DNA from: the human T2T-CHM13v2.0 reference genome, Homo sapiens
Direction: 5' to 3' (one strand)
DNA: 64,000 nt
Assembly (NCBI RefSeq): GCF_009914755.1
Contig: NC_060925.1
The position numbers and the translations under genes were made by a program. This document shows, piece by piece, positions 1 through 11,991 of this stretch; the first letter of the stretch is position 1, and every line of letters begins with the position of its first letter. Below the pieces are notes generated by a model. It did no database searches. It had not been told where the DNA came from and was given only the letters and a program-made list of their open reading frames with translations.

Positions 1-419
1 AGCAGGGAAGAAATGTAACAATGTGTAAGAAAACAGGAACTAGGGAGGGGCAAGGAAGTAGTCATAAGGAATGAGGGGTCCAGAGTCTCCTTGTTTGAAT
101 GTGGTGATCTGGTTTCAGCTCTCTGATACTTTTTTGCTTAGAGACCTAAAGGTTCTTTCCTGAGGAAGGAACTCAGAAAAAACAAATATACATTTCCATC
201 TTTAAGATCAGAAAGGTCATGTTTATCTTTTGGATATGTTTATTTGAAAGATCTGTCTATGGGGCTGTTGGGTCAGTTTCAATTCCTTGGGATTTTCCCT
301 ATGCCTGCCCACACCTTTGCCAAAAGTCCCTTTATCAAAGTCTCCCTGAGTTACCCAATTTGAAGGGGCCACCTTTTTTTGATCTAGACCTTCACTGAGA
401 CACACACTCCTATCCTTCA

Positions 420-1420
420 ATCTCCTTCCAGAACTTTGCTATGATGGCTCTTCTGAAGATCACCAATGACCACCACATTGTCAGTCCAGTGCCTGCCTCT
501 CAAGTCTCATCTTACTGAACCTATCAGCAGTATTGAACACGCTGCTCCTTCCTCCTCCTTGACCCATTGCCATGACTTGTCTCCACTTCCAGGACCTTTC
601 AATCTCCTGCCTTCCTCCCTCTCTTCCTGGCTTCTTCTCTTCCTTCCCAGCCTCTGCCCAGGGTGGTGTCCCAGGGCTGTCCTTGGACCTTTTATCTTCT
701 TCTACTCTTTTAGTGATGTTTTCTACTCTCATGGTTATACAAACCATCTATTGGCTGATGACTCCTAAGTTAATCCCTGCAGCTCAGCTAACTCAAGATG
801 CACTTATTCAACTGTCTACCTGACATCCTCATTTGGACGTCTAATAATAAGCATCTCAAACCCAACACAACCAAAAATGAACTCCTGATCTGCCCCCACA
901 GGACTGCTTCACTCCACCTTTCCCATCTCAGTTGATGGCAATTTCTGCTTCCACTTGCTCAGGCTAAAAACCTTGGAGTCATCCTTGATTGCTCTCTCTC
1001 TCACACACTCTGTATTCAGTGTCAGCAGGTCCTGTTGGCTTTCCCATCACATTATATCCAGAGACTGACCACCTCTCCCTGCCTCCACAGCTGCCACTTT
1101 GTGAGAGCCTCCACCATCCCTCGCTGGTATCACTGCTATAAGCTCCTCCTCCCTCGCTTCTGCCTTGGCTTCCTAGCATCTCTTCTCAATGCATCAGCCA
1201 GCATGATCACAGTTAGTGTGTCACATCTTTGTCACTTTGCTCAAAGTGTTGCAGAGGGTCCCATTCTCTCAGAGACAAAAGTCTTCTAGTGATCAATAAG
1301 GCCCCACATTGTCAGACACCCTGTTTTCTTTCCCTGCTGCATCCTGTTGCTCACCCTGCGGCAGGACTGTAGTTCCCTGGCCGGTCCTTGAACATGCCAG
1401 GCACGCCCCAGCCTTCCTCA
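420..1420 (+). mobile_element. Old L2 LINE remnant
   Basis: Typical L2 3' motifs (CATCTCAAAC...CCAAAAATGAACTCC, CCTTGGAGTCATCCTTGA); boundaries approximate. Confidence 0.6.
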
Positions 1421-1430
1421 GCACCGGTTG

Positions 1431-1800
1431 TGAGGCGGAGGGACCCAACTTCAGACCAGACTGAAGACTGGCCAAAACTGGAAAGAGGCATGGAAAACAC
1501 CTCTCTGTAAGACACGCCCACCAGCACCAAGACAATTTGGCAACACCTGGAAGTTACCGCCCTTTTTCTAGCTAATTCTGAATAACTGCCCCTTAATTAG
1601 CATGTCATTCAAAGTGGGTATAAATACGACTGCAAAACTGTCCCTGGGCTGCTCCTCTCCACACTCTTCCTGTGGGGTAACCCTGCTGTGGAGCAATCGC
1701 AGAGCTGTAACGCTGCTGCCTCAATAAAGTTGTTTTCTTCCACCACCAGCTCGCTCTTTAATTCCTTCCTGAGCAAAGCCAAGAACCTGCCCTGCATCCA
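1431..1800 (+). mobile_element. Solo ERV1-class LTR (LTR19-like 3' end)
   Basis: TG start, TATAAA, AATAAA, and 3' end GCCAAGAACCTGCCCTGCATC; interrupts L2-like sequence. Confidence 0.6.
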
Positions 1801-2115
1801 TTGTTCCCTCTTCTTGGCTGGCTCTTCACCCAGATATCTGTGTGGTTGACACCCTCATGTCCTTCAATGTTAGTTCAAACGCCACTTTCTCAATGAGGCC
1901 CTCCCTAACCCTAACCCTATTTACAATTAAAACCCCTCCTCCAACTCCCTTTCCTCTTAACCTGTGGTACTTTCCCCATAGCATTTATCACCTTCTAAAG
2001 TACTATATAATTTACTTATTTGTTATGTTTATTGTTCATCGACTGTCTTCCCCCTCCTGCCCACACCCACCCATCACCCCAGGGCAGGAATCTTGGACAG
2101 ACATCTCTGTTATCT

Positions 2116-2369
2116 TTTTTTTTTTTTGATGGGAGTCTCGCTCTGTCACCCTGGCTGGGGTGCAGTGGCAGATCTCGGCTCACTGCAACCTCCACCTCCT
2201 GGGTTAAAGCAATTCTCGTGCCTCAGCCTCCTGAGTAGCTGGCTAATTTTTTTTTTTTTTTCGGTATTTTTTTGTAGAGATGGGGTTTCACCACGTTAGC
2301 CAGGCTGGGCTGACTGCCTCAGCCTCCCAAAGTGCTGGGATTACAGGCATGAGCCACTGTGCCCGGCCC
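2116..2369 (-). mobile_element. Alu (internally deleted)
   Basis: Poly-T followed by GATGGGAGTCTCGCTCTGTCACC...GCCCGGCC. Confidence 0.9.
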
Positions 2370-3824
2370 AGACGTCTGAGTTATCCGACATTAATCTTGA
2401 ACAAGCTGGAACATAATAGGTGCTCAACACGTGTTTATTGAAGGAAGCTAATAGGTCTGAATCTGTGCCCTGTAAATACAGGTTAGTCCTTCTAGTCAAG
2501 TGTGTGTGGGACTCAAAGAAAGAATCAATTAAAAAAAAAGTAGAAATAGTACCGATTTGGTTTATAACACAATAAGAAACAGTAAAAACTAATGAAGTAA
2601 GAAAGGCAATCCCCCAACCTCTTGGAAAAATAATTCTAAACAACTCTCATATAAATGTGGACTTTTTAATACTGCAGAATATTGAAAGCATAATAATGAA
2701 AACAACATTTCACTCTCACAGGTTATGAATTAAACTGTGCTCCACTGAACACAAAATCTGCCTCCTGTTTTGCTCCTTTTGCCATACTTGCTTTGTTTTC
2801 ATTCTGGTCTTGGGTATGGGCTCAAATAAAGGTCTAAGGGAGGGGGCTTGCCAATTCCCAGAACTACTGAGCAGCTGCCTTAAGTCTGCCAAAGATGTCA
2901 CTGGGTTCCCACCACAGGTGTTGTGTCCCCCCACTACCAGTGTCCCTCCATCCACCCCTAACTCCTTGTCCCTGAGTGGTAGGTGGGAGATCCTCTCTGG
3001 CCTGGCTCACAGCTTGCCTGTTTATCTGGCTCTGGCCCAAGGCAGACCTTGGGTTGGGTGGATTTCCCCCAGTTCTTTAAGGAGGTAGTGGAGGGTGAAG
3101 GAACCTGGCTGTGTAATGGAAGAGAGGAAACACCTGAGGTGGAAACCCAGCGAGATTCACCATTCCCAAATTTGGGGGATTTCTGGCTCAGCACCCAGTA
3201 GAACTTGGTGCAGTTGCAAAAGCACTGGCCAGTTCACCTCCAGTCATGGTTGCAGTACTTCCAAAATTCTCAGCAAGGCCCAATCTCTGAGCAGCTAGTC
3301 CAGGAATTTCCCCAGGTGTTAACACCACCTTCCCTTACACATGTCATTCTGAGTGACTGTTCCCAGACACTAAGCTGTTAGGAGTCGGCTCAACTATGCA
3401 CAGGGAAGGCACTGGTCTTGGAGCTGGTACTTTTCATCCACTCTTCCTGCTCTCCTTGAACATTTGAATACAAACCTGGTTCCAAATGCCATCTCACCAC
3501 CACGTGCTCTCCTGTTTGCTTCCCTGGATCTGATTCTTGATTACCTTGATTTTCTCTTTTTCCACTCAAATCAACTCCCACAGCACTGAGGTTCTTGTGG
3601 ACCTTGGACCTCTCAAGGATTTGAGCATGGGGCAGGGACATTCCTGGTCCTGCAGGCTCTCAGCTTGCTTCCCTGGCCTGTCCCGCAATCCCTACCCATC
3701 CACCAGGAGGCCTGGCTTCCACTTCCTTCAGCTTCTCCCTGCCCAAGGCCTGCCCTTGTGCCGGCAGACATCTCCCACCTCCTTCCCAGTCTTCCAGGAT
3801 CTCCTTAATCCAATTTGTGTGTCT

Positions 3825-4143
3825 ATCTCTTAGTTGCCCAGGCCTGTAAAACAAACTCCCACAAACTCGGTGGTTTAAAATAACACACATTTATTATCTT
3901 ACAGCTCTGGAGGTCAGAAATCCAAAAATCAGTTTTGCTGTGTGCGGATCAAGGTATAGGCAGGGCCGCACTCCCTCTGGAGTTTGTGATTACATTTAGG
4001 GCCTACCTGGATAATCCAGGATAATCTCCCTATCCCAAATTCCTTGATTTGATCATATCTGCAAAGTCCTTCTGTCACAGAAGGTTACCTTCACAGGTTG
4101 CAGGGATTAGGAAGTAGGTATCTTTGGGATATTCAGTCTACCA
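3825..4143 (-). mobile_element. MLT1 MaLR LTR
   Basis: GGTGGTTTAAAATAACACACATTTATTATCTTACAG...TATTCAGTCTACCA. Confidence 0.7.
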
Positions 4144-4703
4144 TAGTCTCCATGGCTGTAGCTTCTCTGAAGGGTGTTTGATCCTTAAGGAGGCAAGTTT
4201 TTCTTGCCCTGATACCTGCCCTACATCTCCCACGAGTCCCCAGTTGTTCAAGCCTAGGGGTTCACAGTGCAGGCAGTGCCACTTGTGGGTGGAACCTGGT
4301 CTCAGGCTGGTTGACGTCGTCCTGTCATCTCTGCTGTATCCCATTCAAGGAACTTTCCTTCCTCCAGCGAGAAGGAAACCCAGTGAGATTCACCACTCCC
4401 AACTATGACGGAGCTCTGGCTCCGTGGTGAGTTGAACTTGGTACATTGTTCTTCATCCAGAAAGCCTATCACTGAGATGACAAGTATTGCCAAGGAAGAA
4501 AGATTTAATCAGGTGCTTGCAAACACTGCCTCCTTGCAAACACTGCCCGCTGCCTGGTGCAGGGGGGAGCACCACTCCCCAACAGTCCTCTTCTGCCCTG
4601 AAACCTCATGCAAGGACCTCCCCGAGCAGGGGTGGGGGACCACCCTTCCTCATCAATTCAGACTGTAAAGTGAAACCCCTGTTCTTGGTTGAAGCGTCCA
4701 TTC

Positions 4704-5134
4704 TTTCATGCGCGTCCGTGTGAAGAGACCACCAAACAGGCTTTGTGTGAGCAACATGGCTGTTTATTTCACCTGGGTGCAGGTGGGCTGAGTCTGAAAA
4801 GAGAGTCAGCAAAGGGTGGTGGATTATCATTAGTTCTTATAGGCTTTGGGATAGGCAGTGAAGTTAAGAGCAATGTTTTGCGGGCAGGGGTGGATCTCAC
4901 AAAGTACATTCTCAAGAGTGGGGAGAATTACAAAGAATCTTCTTAAGGGTGGGGGAGATTACAAAGTACATTGATCAGTTAGGGTGGGGCAGGAACAAAT
5001 CACAATGGTGGAATGTCATCAGTTAAGGCTATTTTTTCTTCTTTGGTGTATCTTCAGTTACTTCAGGCCATCTGGATGTACACGTGCAAGTCACAGGGGA
5101 TGTGATGGCTTGGCTTGGGCTCAGAGGCCTGGCA
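4704..5134 (-). mobile_element. Solo LTR7 (HERV-H LTR)
   Basis: Minus strand starts TGCCAGGCCTCTGAGCCCAAGC and ends GTCTCTTCACACGGACGCGCATGAAA; 5-bp TSD CATTC at 4699-4703 and 5135-5139. Confidence 0.92.
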
Positions 5135-6052
5135 CATTCAGGAACCTTCCCTGCTCTGAGAGGATCCCTGCTGTCACCACACTTGGCCCTCTGCTGTCCT
5201 TGTCTGGCTGAGAAGACATTCCAACTCGCTGAGGGTTGGGCGGGACTCTCACCCAGCTGTGGCACCCTTCTGCTCGCAGGTGCCCTGCTAACAGCTCCTG
5301 GCTCAAGTCTAGTAGTGTTTTGAGTCTAGGGGTGATTTGCTTTGGGCATGGCTGGGCTCCACTTATCAGTTCCGAGGTCTCCTCATGGGTGCCTCCTCTC
5401 AGCCTCCCTCCTTCCCTCCCTTTCTACCCAATTCCAGTCCTCCGCTGCCTGTGGCATGGCCAGCACAAGGCGTGTCCTCATGTCTGAGGCTGGTGTTGTC
5501 TTGGGAGCATAGCAGTGGATGTTTGTATACTTCAGAGCAGACCATCTATGGGACAAATCCATCTCTCTCATGTCCTCTTATAGCATAATTACATGTTTTG
5601 TGCCAAGTATCCTCTCTCAAAAAGCCTGAGTGAGAAGGAAACAGAAGGAGGTCCTGCAAGCCCATCCCCTGTCAACCTATGTGCCCCTCAGTCCAACTGC
5701 TTTAGAGGCGCCCTCCTTCCCCAGGGAAGGGGTGGTATCACGTGTTATTCCCACAAGTCAATGAGCTGTTGCTGTCTTCTGTTCATATAGGAAATCGGAG
5801 ACTCAGAGAAGTTCAGGAACCTGCTCTGGGTGGCCCAGTGGGTGGGTGACAGAGCTCAGATCTGAGAGGTCCATTTGCTCCTCACCACACCAGTCTTTGT
5901 GAAGTGAGAGTAGGTGCGGTGGAGAGACACAAAGACATGACAGCAAAAAGGCCACAATCCCAAAAGCACTGTCCCAGAGGGTTGTAGGAGTTATTAAGAA
6001 ATTATTTTAGGCAGATTGAGAGGAAAAATGGTCCTTGGGAAGTTTTCGTTTT

Positions 6053-6258
6053 CTTTTTCTTTAATTAATTAATTAATTTATTTATTTATTTTTTACTTTA
6101 AGTTTTAGGGTACATGTGCACAACGTGCAGGTTAGTTACATATGTATACATGTACCATGTTGGTGTGCTGCGCCCATTAACTCGTCATTTAACATTAGGT
6201 ATATCTCCTAATGCTATCCCTCCCCCTCCACCCCCCCCCCACCCCAAACCATCATTCT
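6053..6258 (-). mobile_element. 5'-truncated L1PA 3' end
   Basis: TTTAAGTTTTAGGGTACATGTGCACAACGTGCAGG...; flanked by AGTTTTCGTTTT duplication. Confidence 0.9.
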
Positions 6259-6764
6259 CAGTTTTCGTTTTTTAAAGCATCTCCAGAAACCTTTCTTGTA
6301 AAGCCCCTGCTCTTAGAGCCGAGATGGCAACTTTTGATATGCAAATGCAGGCCATTAGAAACTGGGTCCACCCAAACATGACGATTCCTGCCGCCTTCTT
6401 CTTGCCCTTGGCCCACACTTGCCTGGCAACATGGCCACCCATACATATCCCTCCCTACATGTGTAAAACATCATGGCACCCTGCATTTGCATATTAAAAG
6501 GCTAGGGTGAGAGGGCCAGTTTTTTCGTGGGCTACATGAATGACATGCCTGGTTAAACCAATCCCTATGCAAATGAGCCCTATGCAAATCAGACACTGCC
6601 TCCTCCAGCCTCTATATATAGCTGGCTGGTTTCTACCCCACTTGGGGTTCCTGCTCTAGGCTTTGGAGCCTCCCCACCCCGTTCTCTGTACAGGGAAGCT
6701 TCTTCTTTCTTCCCCCTTCTTTCTTGCCTATTAAACTCTCTGCTCCTTAAAACAACTCCACCAG

Positions 6765-7110
6765 GGCCCGGCGTGTGGCTCACGCCTGTAATCCCAGCAC
6801 TTTGAGAGGCTGAGGCAGGCAGATTATGAGGTCAGGAGGTCGAGACCATCCTGGCTAACACAGTGAAACCCCGTTTCTACTAAAAATACAAAAAATTAGC
6901 TGGGTATGGTGGTGGGTGCCTGTAGTCCCAGCTACTGGGGAGGCTAAGGCAGGAGAATGGTGTGAACCCGGGAAGTGGGGCTTGCAGTGAGCCGAGATCA
7001 CGCCAGTGCACTCCAGCCTGGGCGACAGAGCAAGACTTTGTCTCAACCAAAAAATAAATAAATAAATAAATAAATAAAAAAGAAAAAAAAGAAAGAAAAA
7101 GAAAAAAAAA
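6765..7110 (+). mobile_element. Alu (AluY-like)
   Basis: Full dimer with A-rich tail; TSD AAAACAACT(C/T)CA. Confidence 0.92.
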
Positions 7111-8784
7111 CAACTTCACGTGTGTCCCTGTTGCTTTTTCCAATTCCACTCAAGAGGAAAAACCTGGAGTTCCTCCACGCATTGGAGCCGTATCAAGAGG
7201 ACAAACCTCTCTCTTTCTGGAGTGGAGGCAGGAGAGAGACCCACAGGGCAGTGGCAGGTCTGAGGGGTCCCTGAGTCTCCATCATTTTGTGAGGTTCCAT
7301 CAAAAGCCTGTATGAGTTAGGGCTCTTTCAATCGCAAATGATAACAAACCTACTAGGGCTGCCTTAGGTCATAAAAGGGCCTAGACAGGCTTAAGTAGCC
7401 AGAAACCCACCCACCCCCACCCCACACCCCACCCCCACTCCCTCACCCCCACCCCCCACCCCAGGGGAGATGCAGTAGGCAGAATCAGAGCGATGATGAC
7501 AGGGGCGGGAATGAAATGGGGAGGGCCCTGATGGATATGCAGCAGGGGAATCGGATGCACCTGTGCCTGGATTGAGGGGGAAGGAGAGTGGTTGTTAAGG
7601 TGATTAACATGTTCTCAGCTTGGGCAGTTGGGTGGAGATTGGGTGGAGATGGGGGCATCTCCAGATGAGACCCTGGGAAAAGGTCTTAGATGGGGCTGTG
7701 TGGACTGGATGAGCTCAGGTTGACCCATGTTGACTATAAGGAGCTCATGGGACCCCCAGGGGGAGATGTCCAGTGACATCTGGTGTATGCACCTGCAGCT
7801 CTTGGGAGGGGCTGTGCTGGGACCCTGGATCGGAGAGTCATCCAAAGAAAATGGAAAGAAATGACCCATTTGGTGACGTTTAAGCACCCAGAAAGCAGCA
7901 GAGAAGGAACAATCAGGAAGGTGGGAGTGGAACAGGAGAGAGCTGTGTCATGGGCATCAGCAGGTAGAGGGGTTAGAGCAGCCAGGGGTGGTTACTAACG
8001 TGAGAAATAGCAGCGTGATCCCTGTGATAATGATGGAAAGGAACTCCTGGAGGGAGAGACCTGGGCCCAATAGGAACCTGGGGGAGTGCACATTTCATGG
8101 AGTGGTGAGGATGAAGCCAGACTGCTGTGAATCAGGGGTGATGGGAAGCTGAGGAAAGAGAGGCAGTGAATGCAGATAATTTGTTTTTAGAGAGTTTGAT
8201 TGTGAAGGGGAGAAGAGAGACATTGGGGGCTTGCTGGAGGAGCTGCTCAGTCTGAGGCTGATGATCTAGAGTCTAGGATGAAGCTCTGAGCTAAGCCTTA
8301 CGGGTCTGCTCCCTGACCTCCAGGGCCTCCTCCATCAGGGTGAGGCTCCCCTAGTTCAGCGGCTGTGTTCCCTTAGGGTGTGGAGCGTGTCTTCTATCAG
8401 ATCAAGAGCTCCTTCTGAGCAGCAGGTGCCTCCCATTGGATTGGGAGCTCCCCAAAAGTTGCAGTTGTGTCTCCACCATCAGGCTTGGAGACTCCTGGTG
8501 AAAGACCATGTCTCCTCCAGTGGACTGAGAGTTCCTGGAGGGCAGAGGCTGGGTCTCCCTCATCAGACTGAGAGCTCCCTGAAGCCAGGGACTGTGTTGC
8601 CCTCCACTTGGTTAGGAGGTTCTGAGGGGAGGTACTGGGTGTACCCACGGGTCTAGGAGCCTGAGAGGTGAGGGGTGAGTTTCCTCCATCCTCTGTCCCT
8701 CCTCATGGTGTCCAGCAATAAAAACTGACCAGTGTCTTTCCCTCCCCACCCCCGCCCCCCGATATCTGTTTCCTCTGGTTTCAG

Positions 8785-8926
8785 ACAGAGGCGACTTCTG
8801 CCAGGAGGCAGTCTGCGATTGTGACAGAGAGGCTGCCCACTGTTCCTTTGACAACCTCGGCACCTACAATAAAACCATGTGCAACTACCCCAGTTTCTTA
8901 TGTGAAAACTGGTTCCTCAGTGCTGA
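8785..8926 (+). pseudogene. Orphan terminal exon of a group II sPLA2 paralog (1-nt frameshift)
   Basis: Acceptor TTTCCTCTGGTTTCAG|AC in the same phase as the last PLA2G2A exon. Translates xRGDFCQEAVCDCDREAAHCSFDNLGTYNKTMCNYPSFLCENW-(TT)-PQC*; 142 nt versus 143 nt; six Cys align without gaps. Confidence 0.9.
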
Positions 8927-9199
8927 GTGCCACCCCTTCTCTCTAGCCTTGTCTGGGACAGAGGCTTTCTTTCCTCCACCTGCACCATAAACCCTTTCTG
9001 CCCCCAGCCTCTCCATGCAGGAGTAGGATGTGGTCCCACCAAAGAACAGAATGGCCAAAGCCAGGCTGAACCCCTATTCCCTGTCCCAGGGGTTTGGCTC
9101 CTCAGTGGTGGCTGGGGTGTGTGAGGCTCTCTGGATGGGGTCTCAGTCCTCCTTCTGCTTCTAGGTCCACTCCCTTAGTCGTGTTGCACTTGTCTTTGA

Positions 9200-9205
9200 A
9201 ATAAA
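9200..9205 (+). terminator. Candidate AATAAA for the orphan sPLA2 exon
   Basis: About 275 nt after the restored TGA, similar to the spacing in PLA2G2A. Confidence 0.55.
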
Positions 9206-10924
9206 CCAACTCCATTGCTAATTGTGTAAGGGCATGGGAATGTGTGATAGGCGTGTCGAGTGCACGCGTTTCTGGATAGGGGGCATGTTCATTCATTTAT
9301 TCACTTATTTATCTCACAAATACTTATTCAAGAACCTACTGCATGGCTGGCTCTGTTCTGGGGTTTCAGGATCCAGTGGGGAGCAAGACAGCCAGGAAGA
9401 GAACTCATTGTTGCCCGCTTCACTCCAGCCACTCTGGCCTTCTTGCTGCTCCTGGAATGAGATGAGTCTGTTCCAATCTCAAAGCCTAAAAGGTTATTTC
9501 ACAATGGCTTTTTTCTCTTCTCTCAGTTTCCAGCTGAAATGTCACCTCCCCAGGGAGCCCTTCCATGGCGCCCAAGTTAGAGCAGCTCTTCCCTCCTCCC
9601 TTTACCCTTTCCCGCATCATCCTGTTTGTTTCCGTCTTGGCAGTTGTCACAGTCCCAAGTAACCTACTTATTTCAGTGTTTTATTTTTTGGTTAACTAAA
9701 GGAAGGGTGAAAAGTGGAGATCTATAGGCTTCTTGGGTAGGGAGCTAAAAGATTTTCCTTCTTTTTCCATTCATCTACTTGCTTTCCCCCAAGAGATGAT
9801 GTGTGAGTTTGGATCCTCTGGAAGCAGATGCCGAGATACAGTTCGAAGTGCAGGAGATGTATGGAGGGAAGCAGCTCTAAAAGATAAAGGAGGCAGGGAG
9901 GAGTAGGGAGAGAGAGTGTTCAGATCAGGAAGCAGGTCTGACACCTCTGAAGGGAGAGAGGAAAGGAAGGAGGATTGGGTAGGAAGAGGCTCAAACTGTG
10001 GCACAGCTCTGAGAATGTCTCAGCAATCTGACGGGGAGTTCTCATGTGAACAGTGCCCATTAGAGGAGTCCTCCATTGGGAAACAATTGCCTGGCTCTAG
10101 TCCCCTGTCATCACCATCATGGGAACGGCACTGGAGAACATGGCTTTGTCATGAGTACTGTGGCAGATCCCAAAGGAGCATGGGCTTGGGGCTGTCCACT
10201 AAGTACACTCCTTGAACAGGTTCTCATTTGAAGGGAGAGCTGAGTGGTGCCGTCCAAGGTTGTCACAGAAAGAGTTACTTCGGATTGGTTGGACTTGAGG
10301 ATACTGATTGAGCCTTTTTTTTTTCCCTGGTGGATGGGTCATTGTGCATTAAAAGGTAAAGCACAGATGGTGGAGCAACTGGAACTCTCACACCTTACTG
10401 GTGGGAATGTAAAATGGGACAAGCACTTTGGAAAGAAGTTTGATCTGACTTTGTAACATTAAACATACCCTTATCCATTGAGTAAACATTTCCAGTCCTA
10501 GGTATTTATTCAAGAGAAATGAGAACTTAATGTTCACACAGATACTTGTATAAGAAATGGTCATAGCAGTTTTATTCAAAATATCCCAATACTGAAAAGA
10601 GCAAAAATGTTCATTACCAGGAGAATGAATAAATAAATTGTAACATATGCATGCTATGGAAGGCTACTCAGCAATAAAGAAGAACAGATTACAGACATGT
10701 GCAACACCATGAATGGATCTCATCATCATTATACTGAATGGAAGAGGCCAGATGTAAAACAGTACACATACGGGAGGTGGAGATCACGCCACTACATTCT
10801 AACCTGGGCAACAGAGTGGGACCTTGTCAAAAAAAAAAAAGTGCACCTAATATATGATTCAATTGATAGAAAGTTCTAAAACAGGCAACTAAGGTGAAAA
10901 TAATCACAATGATGGTTTCTCCAT

Positions 10925-11308
10925 GTTATAAGCTGAATTGTGATTCCCCAAAATCCGTATGTTGAAGTCCTAACCTCCAGTACTTCAGAATCTGACTGTG
11001 TTTGGAGACCAGCCCTTGAAAGCGGTGATTAGGTTAAAGTGAGGTCATTAGGGTGGGTCCTGATGCAGCATGATTGGTGTCCTTAAAACAAGAGGAGGTT
11101 AGGACACGGACACCTGAGAGAGAAGACCATGTGAAGACACAAGGTAAGACAGCATCTATATGCCAAGGAGAGAGGCCTCAGAAGAGACCAACCTGCCAAT
11201 GGCTTGATCTGAGATTTCTAGTTTCCAGGATTGTGAGAAAATAAATCGCTATCGTTTAAGCTCCCCCAGTCTGTGGGACTTTGTTATGGTAGTGCAAGAC
11301 GACTAATT
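10925..11308 (+). mobile_element. MLT1 MaLR LTR
   Basis: TGTTATAAGCTGAATTGTG...TATGTTGAAGTCCTAACC...GACTAAT. Confidence 0.75.
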
Positions 11309-11679
11309 CATCCAGAGAGGGGGTTGAGGGGAAAGGGATGTGAGGGAATTTTCTGGGAGACGGAAATGTTCTCGTGATGGGATGTGGGTGATGTGGGTGT
11401 ATCCGTTTCTCAAACGTGTTCAGCTGTGATTTGTGCTTTTCAATCTATATATATTTTACCTTTAAGAAAGAACTAAAGGTAATGATGATGATGATGATTC
11501 ATTGGAGGTGCAGAGTGGTTGGAGGTGTAAATGATAAAAGAAGGCTGAATGTTGATAAGTGTTGAAGCTGGTTGATGGATACAGGCGAGTTCACAATGTG
11601 ATTTTGTTACTTTGTACATGTTGGAAATTTTTGCAAATTGAAAGTTCAAGCCCATGGGAGTGAAGCTTTCTTCTCTCTT

Positions 11680-11680
<1 letters not shown>

Positions 11681-11712
<32 letters not shown>

Positions 11713-11991
11713 AGATGGAGTCTCGCTCTGTCGCCCAGGCTGAAGTGCACTGGCATGATCTTGGCTCACTGCAACCTCCGCCTCCTGGGTTCAAGCAATT
11801 TCTCTTGCCTCAGCCTCCATAGTAGCTGGGACTACAGGTGTCCACCACCACACCAGGCTAATTTTTGTACTTTTAGTAGAGACAGGGTTTCACCATATTG
11901 GCCAGGCTGGTCTCGAACTCCTGACCTTGTGATCTGCCCGCCTCGGCCTCCCAAAGTGCTGGGATTACAGGCGTGAGCCACCATGCCCGGC
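11681..11991 (-). mobile_element. AluS
   Basis: Poly-T plus full Alu dimer. Confidence 0.93.

Larger units (their letters stand above)
5981..7195 (+). mobile_element. Solo ERV1 LTR (LTR9-like), interrupted by an L1 3' fragment and an Alu
   Basis: Starts GTTGTAGGAGTTATTAAGAAATTATTTTAGGCAG, ends GGAGCCGTATCA; flanked by AGAGG; four octamer motifs. Confidence 0.7.

Noticed and set aside
5488-5530. TGGTGTTGT (WCC) as a possible active-site exon of the orphan sPLA2
   Set aside because: No in-frame HD/CCY, no suitable acceptor and no donor at the expected 107-nt distance.
7405-7465. (CCCCA)n-like tract with G-quadruplex/i-motif potential
   Set aside because: Common low-complexity repeat with no supporting context.
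9916-10215. Similar ORF pair (with 54695-54895) suggesting a conserved micropeptide
   Set aside because: Similarity follows from the DNA duplication of repeat-like sequence; many non-synonymous differences and no exon context.
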